Shown in pieces: positions 12,187 to 25,854 of a DNA stretch of 64,000 bases. Under the pieces are notes generated by a model. The model saw only the letters and a list, made by a program, of their open reading frames with translations, was not told the origin of the DNA and did not search any database. Each line of letters opens with the position of its first letter. The first letter of the stretch is position 1. The position numbers and the translations under genes are program-made. The stretch is from Octopus vulgaris (Eukaryota): the NCBI GenBank assembly GCA_951406725.2, contig OX597826.1, positions 57,846,001 to 57,910,000 on the forward strand, given 5' to 3'.

Positions 12187-13816
12187 TCCCATATATATGT
12201 AAATATATTACAAGTTACCAGCAGCATTCACAGCAAACCTGAATTTTCCATAGTTTCTTCACAGGTGAGGGCACATAATGAATATATAAATGTAGTATAG
12301 GTGGCAGTAGTCGTTATTCTCCAGTCGTCTACCTGGTTGCATTCTACATTACTGCAGTTGCACAAGGACATGAGTTCACATACACATACACACATACACA
12401 CAATGGTTTTATGCCTACTTTTCTATATTGGCATGAGCAGGATGGACTTTTGAGGCAGTGTTTTATGGTCAGATGCCCTCTCTAATACTAACTCATTTAG
12501 TTGTCACCTATGACATGCTGGAATGTGGAGCGCCTCTTCTAAAAATCAGGATACACCTGGAATGTGTGGATGTTGGCGTGTGTGTGTAACTAAATAGAGA
12601 CAGACAAGATAGAAATAAGCAATATTCAGTATAGGACTCTAGGATGTTTCATTTACTTTTCCTTTCTTTTACTTTTCATTTTCCTTTTCATCTCTAGGCC
12701 ATCCATATTTGTTAAAAAAAACAAAACATTATTTTGAAGCAAATTTTCTCTTTTGCTGTCAACAATTCCCTTTTTAATAAATTAACTGCAGCTGAATTGC
12801 AATCTATGAAAAAAAAAAAACTGTTATTCTACTAGACCCCCACACACCACACATATTTAAAATATGCACAATGTGGAATTAAATAGAGGTAAAATAAAAT
12901 ATCCAAATTAAAAAAAGAACTGTTTAAATTTTCATGATCAAATCAAAACAAAAACCATTATGTACAAACATATATGCAAGTCTCTATGCTCTGTTTTTTA
13001 AATTGTAAAATATTCTAAATAAATTGACATTTTCTAATTAAATATACATACAAAGGAACTGTATGTGATAACCATATCAGTATGTGCAAAATCCATAATG
13101 GCAGGGATTTAGCAAAGGAATAGTTTGTTTTTTCCAGCTTTATTTCTGCAGCAATTAAGCAGGGTTAATTATTAATTACTAAAAATCATTTTAAAGAGGA
13201 AAAATGATTAATTAGGTAATCAGAAACCAGAATTATGAAAAAAAAAAAAAAATCATTAAATTGCTCCAGATTAGGTAAGGCATTATTTTGAAATACTGAA
13301 TACAAGTTCAGTAATGATTTTGCCTGATATAACATGTCAGTGGGTTTTGGGTGGTATTAAATTAATATATAAATTTTTAAATGAATAACGATATAAAGAC
13401 AGAATCACAGACATACACAAAAAAAAAAAAAACCCATTTAAATACACACAAGCTTACACATACAAATAAACACATAGAAATATAGACACATTAACACACA
13501 CACAAATACAGACATATACACAAACTCCAAAGCTTGAAATGTCAATAAACACAATATTTGATCATCAGCAAATAAAAAAAAAATACATTAATAAAAGTAC
13601 TCTGGATTAACTGACATCCAACAGACTGTATATTAATTACACTTATTTGATTCATTGTACATCAAATATAGGCCTTTCCTTCAACTATATGATTAAAAAA
13701 CATAGAGAAATGGAAATAAAATACTAAAAGCAAAAGCAAAAACTCTAAATGAAGGTTAACAAAAGTAAATGATATAGTTGACTATGTTCTGTTGTCAAAA
13801 GTTTTGAGACCAGTAA

Positions 13817-13818
13817 TT

Positions 13819-13876
<58 letters not shown>
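13817..13876. repeat. (AAT)n microsatellite
   Basis: Direct reading. Confidence 0.95.
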
Positions 13877-13879
<3 letters not shown>

Positions 13880-14722
13880 TATTTGATTTAAAACCAAACC
13901 ATTGAGAAGAAAACAGTGTTAAAAGAAGAGGCTTGTATCTTGACTGGTATTTTGAATGAAATGCTTTTAATGCTAAAACATAACCATTAATACAGTTTAA
14001 TGGAGATAGAAAAACAGGCAATTTAGACAGGAAAAAAAAAACCCATCATCCTATATTAGTTGTAGAAAATAAATTCTCGTTGCACCTGGCAGTAAAAATT
14101 AGTCAAGAGAAAAAAAAGAGAAGAGTGTGTATGTGTTTGTATAACCAGAGTTAAAGGACAGGAAAAGGTGATGAATGATCCATCTATGTTTTAAAAAAAA
14201 ACTGAGGTGATGAAAGCCTACCAAAAACACACCTGTATGTATGTAGCTGTAGGTGGATGAGTATCATACAAGGTGGGTGGGATTAGGTTGTAATTGACAC
14301 AAAATAGTTTGTGTTTGTTTCTCTAATTATTATTTCCTTTTTTTTTTTTTTTTTCTGTGTATCTCTGTATTTCTCGAATTAGACACACACATCTATACCT
14401 TGGTCCACTCTTGTAGCAATTAGCCAAGTCTAAATATTGTCGTGACAGCTTGTCAGGTACAATTTGACAGACCATCATCACAAACTTCAGCACCAACTTA
14501 CAATAACAGACTGCCTGCTGTCACACTCTTCAAGCTCAGCAGTCTGGTTCATGCTTGTTGAAAGAAACAGGAAGGAATCAAACAAACAGAGTTGAAGTAA
14601 TTAACAGTAAAAATTATGTACTTCCTAACTCTGAATAATTTACAAGCATAGATATGTGTGTGTGTGTGTAGGTGTGTGTATGCATGTATGTGTGTGCATG
14701 TATAAATATGTTATGTATGAGT

Positions 14723-14917
14723 ATGTGACCTCGTGTGTACCGTTGGCGATTGTTTTTCCTCTGTCTTCCCTTCTCTGGATCTTTCCTTCTCCTATGTTTC
14801 CGACGAAGAGCTCCGCTCGAAACGTTAAACCCTCCTTCTTTCCTGAGCGTCCAGTAATACTATATTTGTTCCACGTTCTCGCGTTGTTGTGTTTTTTTTG
14901 TGCTTTCTTGTTTGGAT

Positions 14918-14922
<5 letters not shown>
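14723..14922 (+). mobile_element. Penelope-like pseudo-LTR fragment, family 1, second copy; hammerhead at 14796-14830 has core CCGACGA
   Basis: Aligns to 1435-1633 and is followed by (TA)n. Confidence 0.7.
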
Positions 14923-14988
<66 letters not shown>

Positions 14989-16794
14989 TCTATAACTGGT
15001 TTTAGTCATTTGACTGTGGCCATGCTAGAACATCAGGTCACATTTCTGCTCACTGATAACACCATAACCTACTATTAATATTCTAATCCTGATAAAAAGC
15101 TGTTTTTTGATAATATGCTTAATATAAAAGAATTGTACTTAGTCTACATATTTCAGTATGTAAAAATCACAACAGCTCAAAACACATAGAACCTCTCATA
15201 TGCCTACCCTTCATAGTGCCACCTAACATTACTTGCCCCTTTATGAGCTCACAATGCCCTAAAGGAGGCATTGTCACTCAAGTTAAAAATCACTGCTTTA
15301 TGACAATCGCAAAAAGTTTTATTGATATTTTATACTAAAACTTATAAATCAAGCTTAGTTTTACATTTTTAGGATATTAGACTAAATATTATTGTTAAAT
15401 TGCTAAATGCTAAAAGATAGAAGTGAGTATTACATTTTATTTTTAACTTCAACCCAAGGAGAATTACTGTAATAGCTATAATTTTATTGTGTTTAAGGGG
15501 TTTTGAACTCAGATTCATGCTAGAAAAACAGCAAATATTTCCAGCACAATATTTTGTCTATACCAAATTCATAGATGTATAAAATAAATTTTATAGTAAT
15601 AATAATTTCATACAATATGAAAACATTTTCAGATTTACAGTGAAAAAAGAAAATTATCCATTTCATATTAGCTGTATCTTACATCTGCTAGTGCTCACAG
15701 AATGAGAAGAATTATCAACATAAAATTACTGGATCTACAAGTCACATATCTTTGAAGTACTTTTAGAGCAAGTGTTTTATAGGGAGATGTCAAAACTACA
15801 ACTAATTAATCAACCATTGAGAAAAGTACTAACGAAAATAAAAACAGTAAGAAGCTAGTAAGTCGATTACTACAAGCAAGATAATCTTATCACATAAAAC
15901 TTCCTCCTAGAATTTCATCTCATTCCCTATTCTTGTTACCTGTAACTTGCATAAATCTTTCCATTAAAAGTTTTAATTTGACAATTCCACTTAACTAAGA
16001 TACTAGCGCCACTTTAGAAAAAGGAAAAGTCAAAAAGAAACAAAGGCAAACATTAATATTTTAGTAGCAAAGAGCACTTTAAAAGAATTCCTACTTTATC
16101 CAGAGCGACATATCAAACAAATCTTTCTGAATCTCTGCAAGTAACTAGCTCTGCATAGTTAAGGTGCACAGCTTTCGTATGTTTTATAGTACCTTTTCAT
16201 CTTCAATGTAGATAGATAGATATTTCATACAACCAAAGCATCAGATACTTAATTAGAAACTCACATCTCACAAAGCTTTGTAATGTCAGAGGCAGCTGGT
16301 TGGTGGATTCCAAAAGAAAGAGCAGCTACGTTTAAGAAAAACAGAATAAACAAATCAGAATCAACGAAAATGATGAAGAAAACACTGAAGATAATCTGAT
16401 CAAGTCTGGTTTTATGTGATGCACATTCACATTACTTTTATTCAGACTCAATTTAGAGATAGCATGTTTCCGTTATGAAAATAGAACTATATATAATAAT
16501 AAGAGAGCTTATCAATTTTTAACTAGCCATCTTATAACTTACCAAACATCAAAACATAGGACCCACTTTGCAAAATTGCAACTCCAAATGATATATAGTT
16601 TCTATATTAGAAATCTAAGTTTATAGTAAACATTTAACTTTATTCCCATTATATAGAAAGACATATTAAATTTAGAGATGCAGGCATTATTTAAGAGTCA
16701 CTTCATTTTGAAACCTGCTGGAAGTCAGGGGCAATTCTAAAAGAAGGACTTGTCACTTAACCTGTTCTATGTAGCAACAAAATCTGCTGCACTT

Positions 16795-18005
16795 GACATT
16801 TGTGAATATAGAGAAAGATCTTGGTAGGATCTTTCACTGCCACTTCTGGTGGTCACTGTTGAAGCTAGGGATAGATGAGTGGCTAGTGAGAGCTGTCCAA
16901 GCCATGTACAGGGACTCAGTCAGTAAAAGTGAAAGTCAGTAATGAGTATAGCAACGAATTTAGTATGCAGGTTGGAGTTCACCAAGGATTAGTTCTCTGT
17001 TTCCTCTTGTTTATCATAGTCCTCCAGGTGGTGATAAACAAGGAAATTAAAATTGGTTACCCATGGGAGCTTCTCTATGCTGATGACCTTGTTCTTATGG
17101 CTGAATTTCTAGAAGAATTAGAGAAGAAATTTCAGGTGTGGAAGCAAGGCCAAGAATCAAAGAGCTTTAGGGTTAATTTACCAAACACCTAAATATTAGA
17201 AGCAGGAAAGCAGGCAAATTACTAATCCCTTCAAAGAAACGTTTCTGCTCGATATGTAGAAAATGTGTACATAGAAATTCCATAGTGTACCCAGTGCAAG
17301 CTATGGACACATAAGAGGACCAGTGGAATTGCAGGAAGGTTAACAAGAAAAGTAATCTTTGTATGAGGCAGATATGCAGGAACAAGAAACACTAAGAACA
17401 TATGGGAAACAGATTTCCTCAAAGTTTCAGGAATATCCTTAGAAGTAGTAGTTGCTTTCTATACATATGTGACCAAATTAGCAGTGGAGGAGGATGCCCT
17501 GAAAGCATAGTTGCTAGAATAAGAACAGGCTGGGCAAAGTTCAGAGAGCTATTACCTTTGTTGGTAATAAAGGGCTTCTCTTTCAGAGTATGATACCTGT
17601 GTACAAACAGCTAGTTTACAGGGTAGTGAAAATGGGCTATGAATGCAGAGGACATGCTGAGGTTGAAAGAAATGAAGTGCAATATCAGTATGCATGTATG
17701 GCAAAGTGTGTTTATGGATAAAATTCGGTATAAAAGGCATTACATGTAGTGTGCAAGAGAGAAGACTGCATGTGAGATCATGTGATGCATATGAACGAAA
17801 GACAGTTGCATAAAGAAGTACCAATTTAGTCTTCATAAGAATGTGCCAATCTCTAAATGTGGAAGGAAACTGTGGAAGATAAAGAGCTGGGAAGTGATGG
17901 ATGAAGGGGTGAGAAATGATCATCAGATGTTGAGCCTCACAGAGGAGATGACAAAGGACCAAGACAATCAGCAATTTGCTGTGCTTGAGAAGACCTGACC
18001 ACCTA
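16795..18005 (+). mobile_element. RTE-clade LINE RT and 3' region, decayed
   Basis: VGVHQG...PWELLYADDLVLMAE...ESIVARIRTGWAKFRELLPLL; frameshifts and stops. Confidence 0.9.
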
Positions 18006-18084
18006 AATAAAATTCAGGCCAAAATGCTGTATCCTTTTTGTCCACGCTCCCACACACAATCTGCCCCTGACAATTGTATGTGTG

Positions 18085-18123
<39 letters not shown>

Positions 18124-18733
18124 ACTTCACATGCCATCTTCCCAAAACCTTCCACCTACCCACGTCTACTACTTGTTGGATTCTTCCTTCTATCTTCTCA
18201 CTCCCCACCCCACAAGTCCACCTGCACACTATATCCCTGTCATATTTCTTTCTCACATTATCCTCCTAACCACCCCTCCCCCTATCTGTGCCATATCACT
18301 ACATTCTCTTGCCCTCCATTTCCCACTCTCCTTTTGCAACCTTATGAGCTTACATGCCTATTCCCTGAATTCAAATCCCAACCCATCAGATCTTCACCAT
18401 CCTGTCTTTCTCCTCTCTTTCCAACTGAGGTAGCCATGTATCTCCTCTGCAGCAACACACCTATTCCTGTCCCTCTTTTTAAACTCAAAGTTCTCATCAT
18501 CTGGCACAAGGCCAGCTCCTCTCATCATCATCCTCATCATCATCATCATTATTATTTAAATACAGCACAGCCACAATAAAGACATAAATAATCAGAGCTA
18601 CAATACAAATGTTTGATACAAAATATGCTGAATACTTTTACCCTACTTGTCTTAAGTGCCATATCTATGAGTTACTGCTAAAATTTTGATCTGTTGTCAT
18701 TGCACTGTTACTTCCTTCTTTGGGCTCTTAATT

Positions 18734-18858
18734 CCCAAAAGAGTTGTAGGAGTGCTGTCCCAAAGAAATTGCTGGAGCACTGTCCCAAAGGAGTTGTAAG
18801 AATACTATTCCAAAGGAGTTGTAAAAGCTCTGTCCTCAAGGAGTTGCAGGAACACTGA
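18734..18858. repeat. 25-bp minisatellite x5
   Basis: Consensus about CCCAAAGGAGTTGTAGGAGCACTGT. Confidence 0.8.
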
Positions 18859-20369
18859 TATGGCATATAGCATGTTTTGAACACTTTTTAAACCTGGTGG
18901 AACCCATCACTCACTAGGTCAGAACACAACTAGTTTCTTCCAAAAAGAAAGGAAGTCAGAAAAAGAGTAAAAAAGAAGTCAACTCCAGTACTAAACTAGT
19001 GCTTTATTCATCAACCCCAAAATTAACCTAGGCAGGATTTGATCTTAGAGAGTAGAAACTTACAACAAATATCAGAATGTAATCTATCTGATTGTTCTGA
19101 TGATTCTGCCAAAATGACACCTCTATTCTGCTACAGGCTTGCAATAAAACCCAGCATTAAAAACAACCCAACTACAATGAAATTACTAAGAGCTTAATTT
19201 ATTGAACATTTGAAGCTAAAATATAAAAAATGTCAATCAACACATTAAACAAATTAAAAAATGTTGTACACACTTTGTTATACTCAGTATAAAGATTGTG
19301 TGCACAAGATAAAAAAGGACTAAATTTTGAAAAAAATTTTCATAATTTAGTCATAATCTATTTGGCATGATATTTTCAAAGTGGAAGATTAAGTTTGGGA
19401 AATCTTACTAATGGAGTTGTTACACTTAAAGAAATCACAATCCATCTTAAACCACCCAACTAGTCTGTCAGTTCCGCTACTTCTGCAATATGTTTTCTAC
19501 ATTCACATTGTTTACTATTACCAATATTAAGTTGGCACACTAAGGAATTCAATCTTCAGACAAGTTTCATTACCATTTCTTTGTATTTGTTCTCTAAGCA
19601 CTGTCTCATCACTTTTTCACATGATTTACAGTATATTTTTTTTACAAAAAGCAATTGACTTATTTTCACTTTTATCATTCATGGCTGTTATCAAATTTTC
19701 AATAGACTATCAAACTATAAATTTTAGCAAAAAATAATACATAACCAAGCTAAATAAGAAAAAAAAGACACCCACCAAAAAGAAAAAAAAAAACATTTCA
19801 AAATATCCATTGTATTTCATTTAATAATAAAATCTGATGCTTTTTATAGGTTATACTCGAAAAGTATAATCTAAGGTTTTAAAAGTACATTTTACAAGAT
19901 ATTCTATATCTACTTCATTTGCCTCTAGTTGCTATGAAAAAGAATTTTCTAAGAATAAGATTTACCTAATGATGAGGAATGTGAATATGGAAAAGAGATA
20001 AATTTATTATATTGACTCAACTTAACTTCTTGTTTGTTGGTTTAAATTGAACCAGCAGTGCTTATTAGCTCTTTAAACCTGTCTAGACAGAGAAATGGTT
20101 AGTTCTAAGTGAAGTTAAGTGGATGTAAACTGGTACTGCTAAAAATGAGTAAAAATGCTTAATGTTGTCTGAACTGAGTCAATGTAAAGATGACAAACAG
20201 AAGAGTAGCAACTGGAATTGAACAACATTAAATGGAATGTAATAAGAACCAGTATGTCAGAGGAGGAGTAAATTAAATGAGCAGACAGTAAGTAGAAATG
20301 AGTGTATAGCGAATAGCAAATGTAGTTTACTTTGGCGCAGCAGTCTGAGTAGCACATCTTTTATCATCT

Positions 20370-20735
20370 ACTCGTTTTAGTCATGAAACTGCAGCCATGC
20401 TGAAGCACCACCCTGAATTTTTAGTAGAATGAATCAACCCCAGTACTTATTTTTCAAGACTCTATCAGTCTCTTTTGCTGAACTGCTAAGTTACATGGAT
20501 GCAAATACACCAACACCTGTTGTCAAGCAGCGGTTGGGGAACAAATACAGAGACAGAAAGACACACACACACACACACACACACATAAATATACATATGC
20601 ATATATATATGTACGATGGGTTTCCTTCAGTTTTCGTCTACCAAATCCACTCACAAGGCTTTGGTCAGCCTGAGGCTATAGTAGAAAACACTTGCCCAAG
20701 GTGCCATGCAGTGGGAGTGATCCCAGAACCATGTA
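20370..20735 (-). mobile_element. SINE family A, diverged
   Basis: Similarity to 10495-10909. Confidence 0.8.
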
Positions 20736-23082
20736 CAGTCATGCCTGCACGTACAGAAAGACATGAGTGAAGGTATATATCAAAAGTTGATCTCATTGAC
20801 TGTAAAGTTATGATTATGGAAGGCTAACAAATTACAGGCAAAAATACCCTTTTTCCTGTAGAAGTAGTATCTGTTTTTTTGCTAGCATGCAGAAGCAAAG
20901 AGCATAATCATATCTACTTTATGTAGAAATTAACACTTCCCTAATTTTACATTTTTTAATTCTTTATTTTTCTTTCTTTTTTTTTATTGTTAACAACAGT
21001 CAGGAATTCTGAAGCAGTGTAAATGTAAAGGAAAAAAAGTCTTGTAGTGTATCACTTTGATAAGTGTATATCAAAAAGAAAGAAAAAACAAAAGAACATG
21101 TATTCTGATACTTTGTACATGAACCGTTGGAAAGATTTCTTGTGAACAATAAAAAAAAAAATATATTCTAAAGAATAGTTATATATAAAACAGATTTTAT
21201 ATCTAAATAAACAATAGTGTTGGCATGTACTGGGATCTTTAATTATAGACAGGATAAACTGACACAATTTAATTTAATACTTATAATGAACAAGGGGGGA
21301 AAAAAGAAAGGAAAAAAACAGTGAAATAACTAAACTTGTCACAAGATCGTTTTCATGTCGAGGAATGAAGCAAGCTGCATTTTTGTTATGACCATGGGTG
21401 GGGCTGTTGACAAGTTACATGCAAGCATGCATCACAAATTCAAACCATATTTCTTCTTTATTGACAGAGCATTCAGAATCCTATATTGGAGATTTTAGCA
21501 ATCGTCATTCTTACCATAGCTCTATTGCTATATTGAGATATTATAGCCATCACTACTAATACTGCTTGGGTTACTATACTGGAAAACTTAATGGTAGACT
21601 TAGTCACAACAAGCACCATTTCAAAAATTTAAAACGAACTTATATGTGGATTTGACAGACTTTCTTTTTTTTTTTCTATTATATTGGAGTGTTGGATTCA
21701 AACATTGCAATTCTATATCATTCTTTCTCTAGTTTGACAGTTAAGAAAAATTGTCATAGTTTTAACTTTTTGAAACTGTTTTGTTCACTCTAGGGAATTT
21801 ATTATTGGACTTAGTAACTTGTTCATAGTAACACAAAGAAATATCTTTTTATCTGATTTCACAAACATTTTATAAATGTTTAAAGAATTTTATTTTTTCC
21901 AACACATTTAATAAAAGAAATAATAATTTTTGAAGTGCATGTCTTTAAAACATTTCTCAGCAATGTTTGGCAGGCTTTTGCAGTTTCTATCTACCAAATT
22001 CCACTCACAAGGCATTGTTTAACACCACACTGTAGAAGAAGGCATTTGTTCAAGGTGCTGAGCAGTGTATTCGAACCTGGAACCACATGTTTACTAAGCA
22101 ACTTTCTCGATCACACAACCATACCTACATCCACAAGCTTCATTTCAGTTTCCAAACAGAATTTCCTCTACATGTAAGATGCTTCATAAAAATATTAAAT
22201 TGAAGCCCACGACCTAGAACTCGACTGGCATTTTATTTTTTTTTCAAATTAGAAAGGCTGAAAGTAGAGTTGACCTTAGTAAGATTTGAACTGAGAATAT
22301 AAAGGATAACTAAATACCAAAAGTATTTTAAGTGATGCTGTACAGATTCTCCCCTCATGAAGTGAAAAAGTGCAGGCTGCTGTTACTGCAGTCTATATTA
22401 TTTCAACACAGGTTTGTTTCAAGTTGAAAGTGCAATGTCTTAAAAGTAGAAAGAACAAGAGAAAAAGGACTCAAAACAAAATGTATATAACTTAAGTGTG
22501 TATATACATGACAGTGTATTATATGAGTGATTATATACACTATGTGTGTGACTGTGAGTGTATATGTATGACTAAGTATGTGTATATGTACATTACAATA
22601 GAGTGAAGAGTAGTAGCGTACTCAATTTTCTGCACACAAGATTTGATAAAAAATTATTGTAAACTGCATGCAGGTAATGTATTTATAATGAAAACACATT
22701 TATTAAAATATTATTATAAACATTGTTCTGCATTCCGTAAGCCGTGTTAGAAGTGCAATACACACCTATCACAGCATATGTAGCTATCCCCTAAATTCTT
22801 AAGACACAAGAGAACGCCTTCCAGGAAATTGATTAAGACGAAGGGTGTGATAGTAAAATGTAAAGAATATCATTTAATTTGAAAACATGTCAACAAATGT
22901 TACAGTATTTTCTCACTAGAAATATAAGAAAACAAAAGATTTTCAGAATTTTTCATCGGAACATTAGTCATAATAAGAATCTAAATTAGCAACCAAAACC
23001 TTGATAGCATTCTGAACGATGGCTTCATTACATATGTTTGAGACGAGCAAGCTGAGACAGACAGACAAACAGACATACAGAC

Positions 23083-23128
<46 letters not shown>

Positions 23129-24416
23129 CGCAATAGGGGAGAGAGAATAAAAACATTGTGGGGTGGCTAGATGAGAATGAGAAGGAGAAGGAGAAAACCT
23201 ATAGGGAAAATGAATGAGAGGAGAAAGAGAAAAAAAAGGTAATTAAATAATTTTGCAGGAATCAAAAGTGAAAAGTGTATAAAGCAAAAGTGTATAAAAG
23301 GAGTTTATGAATATGCAAAAAAAAAAAAAATTTTTTGATAAAGAAATAAAAAAAATAGAATTAAAAACAAGATGTGCCATGCTTTTTGTTGTAGCAGTTC
23401 TCATTTTTGTATTTCAAATTGGAAATGTTGATATCAATTATATTTTGCACATGCATGTGTGTGTGCATATGTGTGTGCATATGTGTGTGCATATGTGTGC
23501 ACATTTCAACCTTTGTTTCAATTTGCAAGTGGATGCTTGAATATGTATGTACAAACGTATGTATGTATTTATGTTAGCATGTATGTACATGAATGTGTGT
23601 TTGTGTGTATGTGTGAGTGGTCTTTCAAATAATCCCTTTAATTAAGAGGTTGAATACACTCCTTTCCTGCTTTCTGTTTTCTTTTATTTGTTGTTGTTAT
23701 TATTATCATTGTTGTTGTTGTTGTTATTATCATTATTTTATTTTATTTTTTTTCCTATGGTTTTTCCTTTTGGTGAAGGGGGTGGTTAACCACAAGACAG
23801 TGAATGTGAACGGATGGTTAGTAGCTATTCAAAATCTTTGATCCGAACGCTAACTTGGAAGCTAATGCAATATCTGAAATCGATTCCATGTGCATCATCA
23901 AGCAAAACATTACCTCTTCTATGTAACAGGTAGAGAGTGAGAGAGAGAGAGAGAGAGAGAGATTGAAAGAGAAAGATAGACAGAGGGACAGAAGAGGGAG
24001 GAAGGGAGGGAGGGAGGGAGAGAGAATGAGATGGCAGATCACAAAAATAGAAGGAAATGGAGACTTCAAGAAAGACAGAAACAGGAAGCTGAGAAAAGGG
24101 AATAAAAGCAGGTATTCTTTACAATCACTATTACTACTACTTCTACTACTACTTCTACTACTACTACTAGTACTACTACTCAGAAAAAGATAATGAAAGA
24201 ATCCATGATAGAAAAACATAAAATAAAATGATTGGAATATACTACAAAGATCATAAACATCATTGAAGGAAGTTCAAGAACATAGCTTAGAATATAAGAA
24301 AACATGGGTGTGTTGTGATAAACACACAGACAAATACAAAACACACAGACAAGCTTAATTTCATAAATATATGTATCTGAGTGAGACTGTATATATATAT
24401 ATATATATATATATAT

Positions 24417-24735
24417 GAGGGCGCGTGGCTTAGTGGTTAGGGCATTCGGCTCATGATCGTAAGGTTGTGAGTTCGATTCCCGGCGACGCGTTGTGTCCTT
24501 GAGCAAGACACTTTATTTCATGTTGCTCCAGTCCACTCAGCTGGCAAAAATGAGTTGTACTTGTATTTCAAAGGGTCAGCCTTGTCACTCTCTGTGTCAC
24601 GCTGATTATCCCCGAGAACTACGTTAAGGGTACACGTGTCTGTGGAATGCTCAGCCATTTGCACGTTAATTTCACGAGCAAGCTGTTCCGTTGATCGTAT
24701 CAGCTGGGACCCTCGTCGTCGTAACCGGCGGAGTC
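24417..24735 (+). mobile_element. tRNA-derived SINE family C
   Basis: A box TGGCTTAGTGG, B box GTTCGATTCC, then GTGTCCTTGAGCAAGACAC; diverged antisense copy at about 41215-41500. Confidence 0.85.
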
Positions 24736-24794
<59 letters not shown>

Positions 24795-24871
24795 TGCAGC
24801 GTGGGAGGTGTTTATAAGCCATTTAAGAAACACACAAAAGCCGTTCGATTCACTCCAACATTTAAGTTTAA

Positions 24872-24921
24872 TTTGTCAAAATATTTTCGTCGCTAAAATC
24901 CGCGACCTGTTCACTGACAAA
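24872..24921 (-). ncRNA. Hammerhead fold, G3:C8 core variant (copy 1)
   Basis: Exact reverse complement of 24951-25000. Confidence 0.65.
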
Positions 24922-24950
24922 GTCCGTGCTGCATCTGATGCAGCACGGAC

Positions 24951-25000
24951 TTTGTCAGTGAACAGGTCGCGGATTTTAGCGACGAAAATATTTTGACAAA
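24951..25000 (+). ncRNA. Hammerhead fold, G3:C8 core variant (copy 2)
   Basis: TTTGTCA-GTGAACA-G-GTCGC(GGATTTTA)GCGAC-GAAA-ATAT-TT^TGACAAA: 7-bp stem I, 5-bp stem II, palindromic stem III AATATT. Confidence 0.7.
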
Positions 25001-25071
25001 TTAAACTTAAATGTTGGAGTGAATCGAACGGCTTTTGTGTGTTTCTTAAATGGCTTATATGCAGCACGGAC

Positions 25072-25121
25072 TTTGTCAGTGAACAGGTCGCGGATTTTAG
25101 CGACGAAAATATTTTGACAAA
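25072..25121 (+). ncRNA. Hammerhead fold, G3:C8 core variant (copy 3)
   Basis: Identical to copy 2, offset +121. Confidence 0.7.
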
Positions 25122-25767
25122 TTAAACTTAAATGTTGGAGTGAATCGAACGGCTTTTGTGTGTTTCTTAAATGGCTTATAAACACCTCCCACGCTGCAAT
25201 TGTTTTCGTTTCAGCACACGATCTCAGATCAAATTACTTGCTATGCGAGTACATCTCCGTAATATATATATATATATATATGTATAAGGGTGAAAAGGAA
25301 CACACGAGTTGATATATATGAAAAAACAAGTAAAAAATAGAAAATGTCGTCATAATCATCACCACCATCACCATCATCGTCATCTTCTCCTTCTCCTTCT
25401 TCTTCTTCTTCTTCTCCACCCCCTACCCCTTAAGTTTGTCACTAATGTTTTTTAGTATAACACCTACGCTAATTCTATAAACAAGCCTGTCAATATAAAT
25501 ATTCTCCTGAATTGAACTGAGACTGCCAGCCGCCACTGACCATTCAAAATACGACCATCAGGGCACTCCCAGATTCTCCCACCCCCTTTCCTCACCAGCC
25601 TTCCCTCTACTACCCTACCAAGAACTCACAAGTACCTCGAACACACAAGTGCAAACAAGGGAGTCAGAGAAAGGCAGAATGTCACTTAAATCTGAACACT
25701 ACTATAGAAATATTCTTTTAAAAAAACTTTTCTTCTAATTTTTCTAAATTTAATTATTTAATCGTTA

Positions 25768-25805
25768 CAGTTGAAAAGGTCTCAAAATGACCGAAACCGG
25801 TACTG
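25768..25805 (+). ncRNA. Hammerhead fold, U3:A8 core variant (family 3)
   Basis: CAG-TTGAAAA-GGTC(TCAAAAT)GACC-GAAA-CCGG-TA^CTG; lies about 55 bp before a (TA)n tract. Confidence 0.65.
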
Positions 25806-25854
25806 AAATGTTCACTATAAAATTATTTTAGCATTTTCTATTTTTTACTTGTTT

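Larger units (their letters stand above)
24790..25262. mobile_element. Penelope-like/retrozyme-like repeat array, family 2 (one inverted plus two tandem copies) in (TA)n
   Basis: Perfect palindrome 24813-25059 centred on 24936; 121-bp direct repeat on +; (TA)n flanks. Confidence 0.75.

Noticed and set aside
18734-18858. CRISPR-like array
   Set aside because: Contiguous units without unique spacers, eukaryotic context, no cas genes.
24417-24490. tRNA gene
   Set aside because: A and B boxes present, but no proper cloverleaf, and it continues into a SINE body with a second copy at ~41215-41500.
24691-25185. Three ORFs sharing ISHLRNTQKPFDSLQHLSLICQNIF
   Set aside because: A consequence of the inverted and tandem repeat, not a gene family.
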